Source of the DNA: an uncultured Bacteroides sp.
GTDB lineage: Bacteria > Bacteroidota > Bacteroidia > Bacteroidales > Bacteroidaceae
DNA: 64,000 nucleotides
Direction: 5' to 3'
Assembly (NCBI RefSeq): GCF_963676325.2
Contig: NZ_OY781098.2
Location: 2,415,807 to 2,479,806, forward strand
In this document: positions 48,330 through 56,988 of the stretch, piece after piece
Layout: every line of letters begins with the position of its first letter
Position numbering within the stretch: position 1 is the stretch's first letter
The notes under the pieces: model-generated
Seen by the model: only the letters and a program-made list of their open reading frames with translations
Database searches by the model: none
Told to the model about the DNA's origin: nothing
Made by a program: the position numbers and the translations under genes

Positions 48330-49339
48330 TATTTACCCTTAATAATTTTTACTACAACAGACATTCCTGCCAAAAGTTGGAATTTGCTTAAGGAAGTATT
48401 ATCTTCTGTTCCGTCAATGGATATCTTTAGAGGAACTCTCTGAGTAACCTTGGTAAAGTTTCCCGATGCATTATTGGGTGGAATAAGTGAGAACTGAGAT
48501 GCTGTATTTGAACTAAGCTGAATGATTCTTCCTGTAAATTTCACATCCGGATAAGCATCAATCTCTAACTTTGCTTTCTGGTTCAGATGTAATCCGGCCA
48601 TTTTTGTTTCTTCAAGATAAACTGTAACCCAGAGTTTCTTTGAATTTGTTACCGTTAGAATGTTCTGTCCAGGTTGTGAAACATCACCATCAAGCAACCA
48701 TTTTTTTGCTACAATTCCATTAATAGGTGCATATAAGTGAGTATTATTCAACTGTGTTGAGATAACTCCAATTTGTGCTTTTGTTGTTCCGATAGCAGCT
48801 TTTGAAGATCCAATCTGTGCTCGTGAAACAGATAGCTGAGTTTTTGCAGCATCAAGCTGTGCTTTTGCTGTTTCCCACGCTTTCTTTGAATGATCAAATT
48901 GTTCTTTTGTAATCACATCGCCCTTATACTGTTCTTTTGCACGGGCAAAATCTTCCTGAGTTTTAGACAAACCAACCTGAAAAACCTTAATATTCTCCTG
49001 GTCATAGTTTAATTTTGCCTCAGATTGTAGCTGTGCGGCCTCAGATTGAGCAAGACTAGCTATAGCCTGCATTTTCTGAGCATGAAGTTCAGTACTGTCA
49101 AGCTCAGCAAGCAAATCACCCTTTTTAACTGTATCTCCTTCTTCAAAGTAAATGTGGTTGATACGCCCTAGAATTTTTGAACTAATCGCATAATTATCTG
49201 AATCAATATGCGCATCATCTGTTGAAACATATTTGGTATACTCACTATACCAATACCAACCACCAACTAAAACAATTGCAGTCACTACAATCAATGGGAT
49301 ATACATTTTTATCCCTTTTTTCTTTTTCTCTTTCTTCAT
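48329..49339 (-). CDS. HlyD/EmrA family membrane fusion protein
   Basis: 336 aa with an N-terminal anchor, a long coiled coil and a beta-barrel. It overlaps the MFS gene by 1 nt. Confidence 0.85.
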   Translation of the reverse strand: MKKEKKKKGIKMYIPLIVVTAIVLVGGWYWYSEYTKYVSTDDAHIDSDNYAISSKILGRINHIYFEEGDTVKKGDLLAELDSTELHAQKMQAIASLAQSEAAQLQSEAKLNYDQENIKVFQVGLSKTQEDFARAKEQYKGDVITKEQFDHSKKAWETAKAQLDAAKTQLSVSRAQIGSSKAAIGTTKAQIGVISTQLNNTHLYAPINGIVAKKWLLDGDVSQPGQNILTVTNSKKLWVTVYLEETKMAGLHLNQKAKLEIDAYPDVKFTGRIIQLSSNTASQFSLIPPNNASGNFTKVTQRVPLKISIDGTEDNTSLSKFQLLAGMSVVVKIIKGK

Positions 49340-49426
49340 ACCTCTTTAATTAAATGAATCTCTTAGCAGCTTATACTATTCAGAGATTGATTTATAAATA
49401 CAAAAACTAATTATACCTTTATATCC

Positions 49427-50047
49427 TTATTTTCTTAATGATTTCACAAACATTTCTACAAACAAATTAATCATCCTAAGCAATCTGTCGTATTCATGAG
49501 CTTCCAGATAGAATATGTCTTTATTCCTAAGTGCTGACATGGATAGTCCTTTCATTGCATCAAGAAGTAATTCTGTATGTTCATCTACATTACAAGCTTC
49601 AAACTGCCCGTTTGCTATACCTACATTCAGAATATTAGTTATCATATCCTCTTCCTGAGTTCGGAATTCGGCCCATAAGCCATGCATCAAAGAATGTAAC
49701 TCATGAGCATAATCATGTCGTAGCCTGCTTAAGTTTAGTAACTTTCCCCAGTATGATACCCTGATATTCACATACTCTCTGATCATTTCAGATGCATCAG
49801 TAAGTGTAGCCATTTTTTCACGAACCAACTCAACAAAGAAATCATGTTCTTTCTTAGTCACAGCGATATACAAATGTTCTTTATCCGGGAAATAGTAATA
49901 TAAAGATCCTTTGCACATGTTAAGATCTGAAGCTATTTCATTCATTGTCGTTTTTTCAAAACCATATTGTCCAAAGCGCTTTTGAGCAACTGTTACAATT
50001 TGTTCTGTCTTACTCTGACTCTCTCCTAAACGTTTACTAACTACCAT
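49427..50047 (-). CDS. TetR/AcrR family transcriptional regulator
   Basis: HTH FGQYGFEKTTMNEIASDLNMCKGSLYYYF. I prefer the ATG at 50047 (MVVSKRL...) over the TTG at 50104. Confidence 0.8.
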   Translation of the reverse strand: MVVSKRLGESQSKTEQIVTVAQKRFGQYGFEKTTMNEIASDLNMCKGSLYYYFPDKEHLYIAVTKKEHDFFVELVREKMATLTDASEMIREYVNIRVSYWGKLLNLSRLRHDYAHELHSLMHGLWAEFRTQEEDMITNILNVGIANGQFEACNVDEHTELLLDAMKGLSMSALRNKDIFYLEAHEYDRLLRMINLFVEMFVKSLRK

Positions 50048-50246
50048 TATTCTTATTCTATTTTTGGAATTTAGTCTATTTGACTTTTTTGTTCGAATGG
50101 TCAAATTTAGCGAGTTTTTAAATTCACTTGAATATTTTTTCTAAAAAAAACTTATGAAGACAATTATTAACAAAGGGTTGTAAACTCACAAATAGGGCTA
50201 TTTTATTGGGAGAGTAAGCTCTATATCAAAAAAGGGTATATGAAAA

Positions 50247-50291
50247 ACTCCGGTTGTTATTGTTAAACAAATTAACAATAACAACCGGAGT
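50247..50291 (-). terminator. hairpin terminator after the GNAT genes
   Basis: Perfect 20-bp stem actccggttgttattgttaa / ttaacaataacaaccggagt with a 5-nt loop. Confidence 0.6.
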
Positions 50292-50327
50292 AAATATAAA
50301 AAATGAATTCTGACGAGTAACGGTCAA

Positions 50328-50768
50328 TTAAAAAATCAAATCACAATTTCTCTCAACATCATCAATTGTAGCACCAAGATTCTTATAAAAACCAATAGCC
50401 GACTCATTCCAGCTGGAAACCTGCCAACGCAATTTATGGCAATTTTCTTTCTTAGCAAAATCAATAACCGCATTAATCAAAGAACGGCCAACTCCCTTTC
50501 CACGGTATTCCTCTTTAACATACAAATCATCCATATAGAGTGATTTGCCAAACCAGGTATAATATGCAAAGAAGTGGACTACATATCCAACTATTTCTTT
50601 TGATTCTATTTCGGCAACAAAGCAATTAATATATTCTTTCTCTTCTTTCATTTGCTCTAATGAGTTTGCTAACTTATCAGAGCAATTTTCAAAGGCTGCA
50701 AAATCCCTGATCATTGAAAAGATTACAGGGTAGTCGTGTTCGTTTGCTTTTCTAATTTTTATTTCCAT
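50328..50768 (-). CDS. GNAT family N-acetyltransferase
   Basis: ...YRGKGVGRSLI... acetyl-CoA-binding motif. The ATG at 50768 shares 1 nt with the upstream stop (TAATG). Confidence 0.8.
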   Translation of the reverse strand: MEIKIRKANEHDYPVIFSMIRDFAAFENCSDKLANSLEQMKEEKEYINCFVAEIESKEIVGYVVHFFAYYTWFGKSLYMDDLYVKEEYRGKGVGRSLINAVIDFAKKENCHKLRWQVSSWNESAIGFYKNLGATIDDVERNCDLIF

Positions 50769-51145
50769 TAGCAACAAAGATCTTTTTTAATTAAACTATA
50801 TACCTCAATATTTGTAAATTGGTTATCAACCAATAATTCTCCATCACGTTCAACACCTTCAAACTTAAATCCTAGTTTTCGCGGAATATTTCTGCTTGGA
50901 GCATTTCCAACAGCACATTTTATCTGAATACGATTTATATCAAGTTCATCAAAAGCAAAATGAAGCAAAACTTTTACCGATTCAGTAATTATGCCTTTCT
51001 TCTGATAGCTTTCAGAAAGCCAATAACCGATTTCTGTTTTCTTATTCAATTTGTCTGTATCCTTAAAACCTATTAATCTGGCAAAAGCACCATCGTAATG
51101 AATAACAAAGACATATTCCTTATTTTCCTCCGGATCCGACAACAA
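50768..51145 (-). CDS. RimJ/RimL-like GNAT acetyltransferase, probably N-terminally truncated
   Basis: 125 aa containing only the C-terminal two-thirds of a RimJ-type GNAT (...YQKKGIITESV...NAPSRNIPRKLGFKFEG). TTG start. It may be a gene remnant. Confidence 0.5.
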   Translation of the reverse strand: MLSDPEENKEYVFVIHYDGAFARLIGFKDTDKLNKKTEIGYWLSESYQKKGIITESVKVLLHFAFDELDINRIQIKCAVGNAPSRNIPRKLGFKFEGVERDGELLVDNQFTNIEVYSLIKKDLCC

Positions 51146-51288
51146 AGATAAGACTCTTTTTTATTTATTCATTTTAAGATATTAAAAACATTACAACATA
51201 TCCTTGAATAATTAAAGCTTCATGATATATACAGCAAGCACTGTTTTAATAATCAGGACCTGAATATAATTCGTCAATGTAATCTGAT

Positions 51289-51780
51289 TTAAACATTCAA
51301 AACTCTATTTTCTGCCTTAATCCTTACAGTCAACACAATTGCATTAAATACGGAAAAAATAATCGCAGTAAAATACAAATGAAATATTAAAGGTATCACA
51401 GCTATTTCAATAATCACAATCATATAATTCGGATGTTTAAAATACCTGTACAACCCTTTTTTTATTAATGGATAATTGGGGATGCGATAAATTTTTGTGT
51501 TCCAGAATTTCCCCAATAATAAAATTATCCAAGCTTTAAATACAAGAAGTAAGAAATATAAAACGAGCAAAAAAAAGTTGTATGAAACAGTCCGTTTCAT
51601 TGAATATTCAACTATCAACGAAACGATAAAAAAAACATGAAGCGCTACTATTAACGGATAATGTTTTTGTCCATATTCAATTGCACCATTTTGCAACAAC
51701 CATTTTTCATTCCTTTTGGATAGAATTAATTCTCCTATTCGCAACAGAATGAGAAATAATATAAAAAGTGTAAAAACCAT
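51289..51780 (-). CDS. isoprenylcysteine carboxyl methyltransferase (ICMT)-family membrane methyltransferase (BpsB-like)
   Basis: 163 aa, multi-TM, with the ...GLYRYFKHPNY... motif. It starts 1 nt after the PKS stop. Confidence 0.7.
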   Translation of the reverse strand: MVFTLFILFLILLRIGELILSKRNEKWLLQNGAIEYGQKHYPLIVALHVFFIVSLIVEYSMKRTVSYNFFLLVLYFLLLVFKAWIILLLGKFWNTKIYRIPNYPLIKKGLYRYFKHPNYMIVIIEIAVIPLIFHLYFTAIIFSVFNAIVLTVRIKAENRVLNV

Positions 51781-51781
51781 A

Positions 51782-52846
51782 TTATTTTTTACTCATTTGA
51801 AGTAAAACCATCTCACACGAAAAGCCTGGCCCCATTGATGACATCAATCCGTAACCGTTCTCAAAACCTTGAGTCAGGAATCTATCTAACACATATAAAA
51901 CCGTGGGACTGGACATATTACCATTCTCATTCATCACCTCTCTTGTGTTTTTAAGAAAATCCCCCTTCACCGATAGAGCTTCTTCATAAGCTGTTATTAC
52001 TTTTTTACCACCTGGGTGGAAAATAAAATTCTTTATATCTGAAATTTTCAAATGGTTTTTATCTAAGAAAGAGGTAACATCGTTATTTACATTTTTTGCA
52101 ATAATAGATGGAATATCTGGTGAAAACAAAACTTTAAATCCCGCATCCACAAATTCCCATCCCATTACATCCAGTGAATCGTAATGCAATTTGCTTTGCG
52201 TAGCCAGAAATGTAATTTCGTTTTTAGTCTTGTTTACATGATTATCTCCGGTAATCAAACAGGCTGCTATCCCATCAGAAAACAAACTTGAACCAATAAA
52301 ATTACTTATACTGAAATCATTGCGTAAAAAAGTCAAGGAACACAACTCCACAGCTACTAATAGAACCACGGCATCCGGATTTGCTTTAGCCAGAATGCAA
52401 GCTTTTGAATAACCTGCAACTCCTCCTCCACAACCTAAACCAAAAATAGCCATACGGTTAATATTTTGGTTCAATCTCATTTTGTTAATGATAAGTGCAT
52501 CTAAACTCGGTGTTGAAAGTCCTGTAGTTGAAATAAAAATAATATCTGTAACATCATTCTTATTAATTTGTGCCAAAGAAATACAATTTTCAATAGCTTT
52601 AACTGAATATTCCAGAGATATCCTTATATATTCTGCATTCTGTTCCTGAAAAGAATGCAGATCGGAATAGTAGCCAAGTGGTTTACAAAAATTTCTTGTT
52701 ACTATTTCAGTATGATCAAACGCAGTCAGCATACTTTCAACTTGCGGAAAGGAAGGTGCAAAAAAATCTTTTGCATATTTCTTCACTTCCTTTTGATCCG
52801 TTCTGAAAGGAAAATCGATTTTTGAGATTGCAGCTAATGAAGGCAT
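51782..52846 (-). CDS. type III polyketide synthase (chalcone-synthase-like, BpsA-like)
   Basis: 354 aa with the catalytic triad context FGLGCGGG (Cys), FIFHPGG (His) and ENGNMSS (Asn). Confidence 0.8.
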   Translation of the reverse strand: MPSLAAISKIDFPFRTDQKEVKKYAKDFFAPSFPQVESMLTAFDHTEIVTRNFCKPLGYYSDLHSFQEQNAEYIRISLEYSVKAIENCISLAQINKNDVTDIIFISTTGLSTPSLDALIINKMRLNQNINRMAIFGLGCGGGVAGYSKACILAKANPDAVVLLVAVELCSLTFLRNDFSISNFIGSSLFSDGIAACLITGDNHVNKTKNEITFLATQSKLHYDSLDVMGWEFVDAGFKVLFSPDIPSIIAKNVNNDVTSFLDKNHLKISDIKNFIFHPGGKKVITAYEEALSVKGDFLKNTREVMNENGNMSSPTVLYVLDRFLTQGFENGYGLMSSMGPGFSCEMVLLQMSKK

Positions 52847-52885
52847 ATTTTTATAATTTACAAATACTATATCTAACTTTTATCC

Positions 52886-52932
52886 ATTCAGGTATTTACA
52901 CTGAAGTAAAACTCTTGTGTAAATACCTGAAT
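52886..52932 (-). terminator. hairpin after the bacterioferritin gene
   Basis: Perfect 16-bp stem attcaggtatttacac / gtgtaaatacctgaat. No clear T run. Confidence 0.4.
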
Positions 52933-52946
52933 ATATAAATAATAAA

Positions 52947-53426
52947 TCAACTTGCAGATTTTTCTACTTGATTAACAAGATAATTTTCCAGACCCATTTG
53001 TTCAATCTGAGCAAGTTGCACTTCTGCCCAATCAGCGTGATCTTCTTCCATCTTGAGTATTTTTGTAAGTAACTCTAGAGAACCTTGATCATCAACTTCA
53101 CGGGATAGTTTTATTGCATTGTTATAATCACGTATGGCAGTAAGTTCATACCCATAATCATTGCTGATCATTTCTGCTGGTGTCTTGCCTATCTTCATTG
53201 GATTAAGTTTTGATACCGTAGGAGCACCATCCAAAAAAATAATTCGTTCAATAAGCCATTCGGCATGACGCATTTCGTCAATAGATTGTTTTCTGATCGC
53301 TACATGAAGCTTACCGTATCCCCAACTTTCACAAAGTTCAGTATGAACCATATACTGGTTTATGGCAGTAAGTTCATCAGCCAGAAGCGAATTCAGTGCT
53401 GCGATTAATTTTTCATTTCCTTTCAT
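52947..53426 (-). CDS. bfr: bacterioferritin
   Basis: 159 aa. LNSLLADELTAINQYMVH...EMRHAEWLIERIIFLDG carries the ferroxidase-centre motifs. Confidence 0.85.
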   Translation of the reverse strand: MKGNEKLIAALNSLLADELTAINQYMVHTELCESWGYGKLHVAIRKQSIDEMRHAEWLIERIIFLDGAPTVSKLNPMKIGKTPAEMISNDYGYELTAIRDYNNAIKLSREVDDQGSLELLTKILKMEEDHADWAEVQLAQIEQMGLENYLVNQVEKSAS

Positions 53427-53470
53427 AATTGTAAATTCAGATTAATGATTATACTAATTTATTTAAAATA

Positions 53471-53511
53471 TTATTCATCTTTTATAGAATTGTATTATAT
53501 AAAAGATGAAT
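53471..53511. promoter_or_regulatory. 41-bp perfect inverted repeat upstream of bfr (operator candidate)
   Basis: TTATTCATCTTTTATA-gaattgtat-TATAAAAGATGAATAA, 45-85 bp upstream of the bfr ATG. Confidence 0.4.
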
Positions 53512-53631
53512 AAACATATTGATCTGCCTGCTTTGTGAATAGCTGATAGAATATAGTAAGAACAAAAATGAACAAATAATTGTTCTTATAACCTTTAATG
53601 TAAACTGCAACCAATTATATCATTCCCTAAT

Positions 53632-53682
53632 AAATTAAAGGATGCCTTCTAAACACAATGTTTAGAAGGCATCCTTTAATTT
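53632..53682 (-). terminator. hairpin terminator after the radical SAM maturase gene
   Basis: Perfect 23-bp stem aaattaaaggatgccttctaaac / gtttagaaggcatcctttaattt with a 5-nt loop. Confidence 0.55.
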
Positions 53683-53737
53683 ATTATTTTACTAGTAAGA
53701 CTTACAACGTTTAATAAAACTATTGCTATGCGATGCA

Positions 53738-54973
53738 TTAATTCATTCCTGATTTTTTAATCCATTCCATAATATTTGCAGGAGGGCGTTCATTTAAAAG
53801 TTCTTTTTTCATAAAATCCATATATGGCGCAACATGTTTGAAAAACATGTGATAACCTTTGCATAAATAATTCAGGCCCGGCTCACCAATAGCAGAAAAA
53901 TCAAAACGGTTTTTGGGACATTCACCATTACAAGCAAACAGGAACTCGCATTCTTTACATTGTGTGGGTAAAGTTTTAGATTTAGCTTCGCCAAATTTGG
54001 CTTGCTTCTCGCTATACATCATCTCAACCAGAGTATTGGTATATAAATTACCTAATTTATACTCCGGAAAGACAAAATGGTCACAAGAATATACGTCACC
54101 ATTATATTCCATAATGCCGGCATGACCACATTTTTTTGCCATGCTGCATACTCCGGGTTGTTCGCCAATCCAGTTGGCCAAAGTAGAATCAAAAAGCTGA
54201 ATATAGTAATTTCCTACATCCTCACGCACCCATTCATCAAAGATAGCACAAAGAAAATTGCCCCATTGTTCAGGGGAAACACTAAATTCGGCCAGTTCTG
54301 CTTTCTCTTGCTGAACAGGAGACGATAAAGACAAACCATCAGCACGATTAGAAAGTCTTTCAACAATAGGGGTAAACTGAATATAATGACAATCTATTTC
54401 TTTGAAGAAGTGGTAAAAATTCAAAGGATAATCAGCATTGAAATCATTCACTACAGCCATTGCATTGTACTCAACACCGTGTTTCTTTAATAATTCAATG
54501 CCCTTCATTACTTTAGCGAATGATGGTTGGCCTTGCTTGTTCTTTCTATATTCATCGTGAAACTCCTGAGGTCCATCAATAGAGATGCCAACTAGAAAAT
54601 TATTCTCTTTGAAAAACTTACACCACTCATCTGTCAGCAATGTACCATTTGTCTGGATACAATTATCTATAGCTCTTCCCTGAGCGTATTTTGTTTGCAA
54701 TTCAATGGCTTTCTTATAGAAACTTATCGACCTCATCAATGGTTCACCGCCATGCCAGGTAAATAGCACTTGCGGCATTGTCTGCGACTGAATATATTCT
54801 TCAATAAATTTCTCCAGAAGTTCTTCGCTCATTACAGGATTCTTAGATTCCTGATACAACCCGGACTTTTCCAGATAATAACAATAATCGCAGGATAGAT
54901 TACACACCGATCCTACAGACTTCAACATCACATAAAGAGGCCTTGCAAAAGGCATTATAGACTTATTACTCAT
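53738..54973 (-). CDS. anaerobic sulfatase-maturating enzyme (radical SAM / SPASM)
   Basis: CNLSCDYCYY radical SAM cluster plus C-terminal Cys clusters (CGHAG...CDHF, CKECEFLFACNGECPKNR). It resembles ChuR-type anSME. Confidence 0.8.
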   Translation of the reverse strand: MSNKSIMPFARPLYVMLKSVGSVCNLSCDYCYYLEKSGLYQESKNPVMSEELLEKFIEEYIQSQTMPQVLFTWHGGEPLMRSISFYKKAIELQTKYAQGRAIDNCIQTNGTLLTDEWCKFFKENNFLVGISIDGPQEFHDEYRKNKQGQPSFAKVMKGIELLKKHGVEYNAMAVVNDFNADYPLNFYHFFKEIDCHYIQFTPIVERLSNRADGLSLSSPVQQEKAELAEFSVSPEQWGNFLCAIFDEWVREDVGNYYIQLFDSTLANWIGEQPGVCSMAKKCGHAGIMEYNGDVYSCDHFVFPEYKLGNLYTNTLVEMMYSEKQAKFGEAKSKTLPTQCKECEFLFACNGECPKNRFDFSAIGEPGLNYLCKGYHMFFKHVAPYMDFMKKELLNERPPANIMEWIKKSGMN

Positions 54974-55188
54974 ACAAATAATCTCATTACTACTTCTTCA
55001 AATTCTTAGGCCACTATTCTTGTTTAGTGAAACCTAACCATTTAATGCTGCAATATTACAAAATAAGCAGGATATAAAACTACTTTCATTAAATAATCAC
55101 TTTCCCTTAGCCACAAACAAAAAGAATTGCATCTTTGTTTTAAGGTTGTTCGCAGTTGATTGATAACAGACTATTGATAAAACTAATT

Positions 55189-56985
55189 ATGGAACACCTC
55201 AATTACGGAGCTGTGGGCAATTGCCGTACAGCAGCATTGATTTCAAGAAAAGGAAGTATTGACTGGCTTTGTTTTCCAGACTTTGATTCTCCTTCCGTCT
55301 TTGCTAAAATCTTAGATAAAGACAAAGGAGGATGCTTAAGCTTTATTGTAGGTGATCAATATAAAATTACTCAGAAATATATTGAGCATACAAACATTTT
55401 ATCTACTACCTTTGAATCTGAAGAAGGAGAATTTGAAGTCATTGATTTTATGCCTCGTTACAAAACAGGTGAATCAAACGGACATTACATGCCACCCGAA
55501 ATTTATAGATTAATACGGCATAAGTATGGAAAACCACGTTTCAAAGTAAATTATACCCCTATTCTTGATTATGCCCGCGGAGAAGTGTTACACAAAGGCG
55601 GACCGCTATATGTAAAGTCATTCTCAAAAATCAATGAAAAAGATACCATCTATTTATATTCCAGTCTGGATTTTGACAGAATTATAAATCAGGAAGATTT
55701 TGAGATTCAACAGGATCAGTATATTATGGTTTCATATAATCAGAAGCTGGTAAAGATTGATCAGGATAGGGTTGAAATGGAATATGAGCGAACAAAGGTA
55801 TACTGGCTAAACTGGACAAATCGTTCAAAAAAGTACACTCTGTTTAATGAATATATAGAGCGTAGCACACTGGTACTAAAGCTAATGTCTTATCATCGGA
55901 CGGGAGCTGTACTGGCTGCCCTGACTACCAGTATTCCGGAATCAGTGGGAGGTGTTCGGAATTGGGATTATCGTTTTTGCTGGCTCAGGGATGCTTCAAT
56001 GTCTATTGAAACACTTATAAAAGCCGGGCACAGGGGAACAGCTCAACGCTTTATATCTTTTATTCTCAATATTATCAAAACAAAGTATGATACTTTTCAG
56101 GTAATGTATGGTATACGAGGAGAACGGGTTTTGACTGAAGAAGAATTACCTCACCTGAGCGGATATAAAAATTCGCGTCCAGTACGAATAGGTAACGATG
56201 CTTACCACCAGAAGCAAAATGACTCATTCGGTTATCTGATGGATGTTATTTATCAGTATTACCGTTATTTTCCGGGTTCACTGGACGAAGTAGAAAGTAT
56301 GTTTGTTGTAGTGAAGAATATTGCCAGAAATGTGATTGAGGATTGGAGAAAACCAGACAAAGGAATTTGGGAAATACGGGGAGACGAGAAGCATTTTGTG
56401 TTTTCAAAAATAATGTGCTGGGTAGCTTTGGATAGAGCTGAAAAGATAGCAAAGCTGCTCAACGACGAAATATATGCCACAAGATGGAAGTTAGAGGCTG
56501 ATGCTATTAAGGATGATGTACTTGCAAACGGATGGAAAGAAGAAATTCAGAGTTTCTCGCAAACCTATTGCAATACAGATTTGGACGCGTCATTGCTATT
56601 AATGGAGACTTACGGATTTATTAGTGCGGAAAGCAATAAGTACAAAAAAACAGTGGAAGCTATTTATCAGGCTTTGCATTATAAAGGTTTAATGTATAGG
56701 TATAACAATAAAGACGATTTTGGTAAGCCTAGTTCGGCATTCACCATCTGTACATTCTGGATGATCCGCGCTTTATATGTTACAGGAAAAGAAAGAGAGG
56801 CATTGGAAATGTTCATTGGACTGATCAGCTATTCTAATCACCTGGGATTATTTAGTGAAGATCTCGATTTCGAGACTAAGAGTCAGTTAGGGAACTTTCC
56901 TCAGGCTTATTCTCACCTGGCATTGATAAACACCGCACTCCTTTTTGGCGATGAAGTTAATCTGTCGAAATTTATACGACCATAG
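55189..56985 (+). CDS. glycoside hydrolase family 15 protein (glucoamylase/trehalase-like)
   Basis: MEHLNYGAVGNCRTAALISRKGSIDWLCFPDFDSPSVFA... and NWDYRFCWLRDAS motifs. I prefer the ATG at 55189 over the TTG at 55156. Confidence 0.8.
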   Translation: MEHLNYGAVGNCRTAALISRKGSIDWLCFPDFDSPSVFAKILDKDKGGCLSFIVGDQYKITQKYIEHTNILSTTFESEEGEFEVIDFMPRYKTGESNGHYMPPEIYRLIRHKYGKPRFKVNYTPILDYARGEVLHKGGPLYVKSFSKINEKDTIYLYSSLDFDRIINQEDFEIQQDQYIMVSYNQKLVKIDQDRVEMEYERTKVYWLNWTNRSKKYTLFNEYIERSTLVLKLMSYHRTGAVLAALTTSIPESVGGVRNWDYRFCWLRDASMSIETLIKAGHRGTAQRFISFILNIIKTKYDTFQVMYGIRGERVLTEEELPHLSGYKNSRPVRIGNDAYHQKQNDSFGYLMDVIYQYYRYFPGSLDEVESMFVVVKNIARNVIEDWRKPDKGIWEIRGDEKHFVFSKIMCWVALDRAEKIAKLLNDEIYATRWKLEADAIKDDVLANGWKEEIQSFSQTYCNTDLDASLLLMETYGFISAESNKYKKTVEAIYQALHYKGLMYRYNNKDDFGKPSSAFTICTFWMIRALYVTGKEREALEMFIGLISYSNHLGLFSEDLDFETKSQLGNFPQAYSHLALINTALLFGDEVNLSKFIRP

Positions 56986-56988
56986 TGT

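Noticed and set aside
50768-51145. Truncated RimJ-like GNAT as a notable finding
   Set aside because: It is probably just a gene remnant or a mis-called start (TTG). There is no further signal, so it is kept only as a low-confidence feature.
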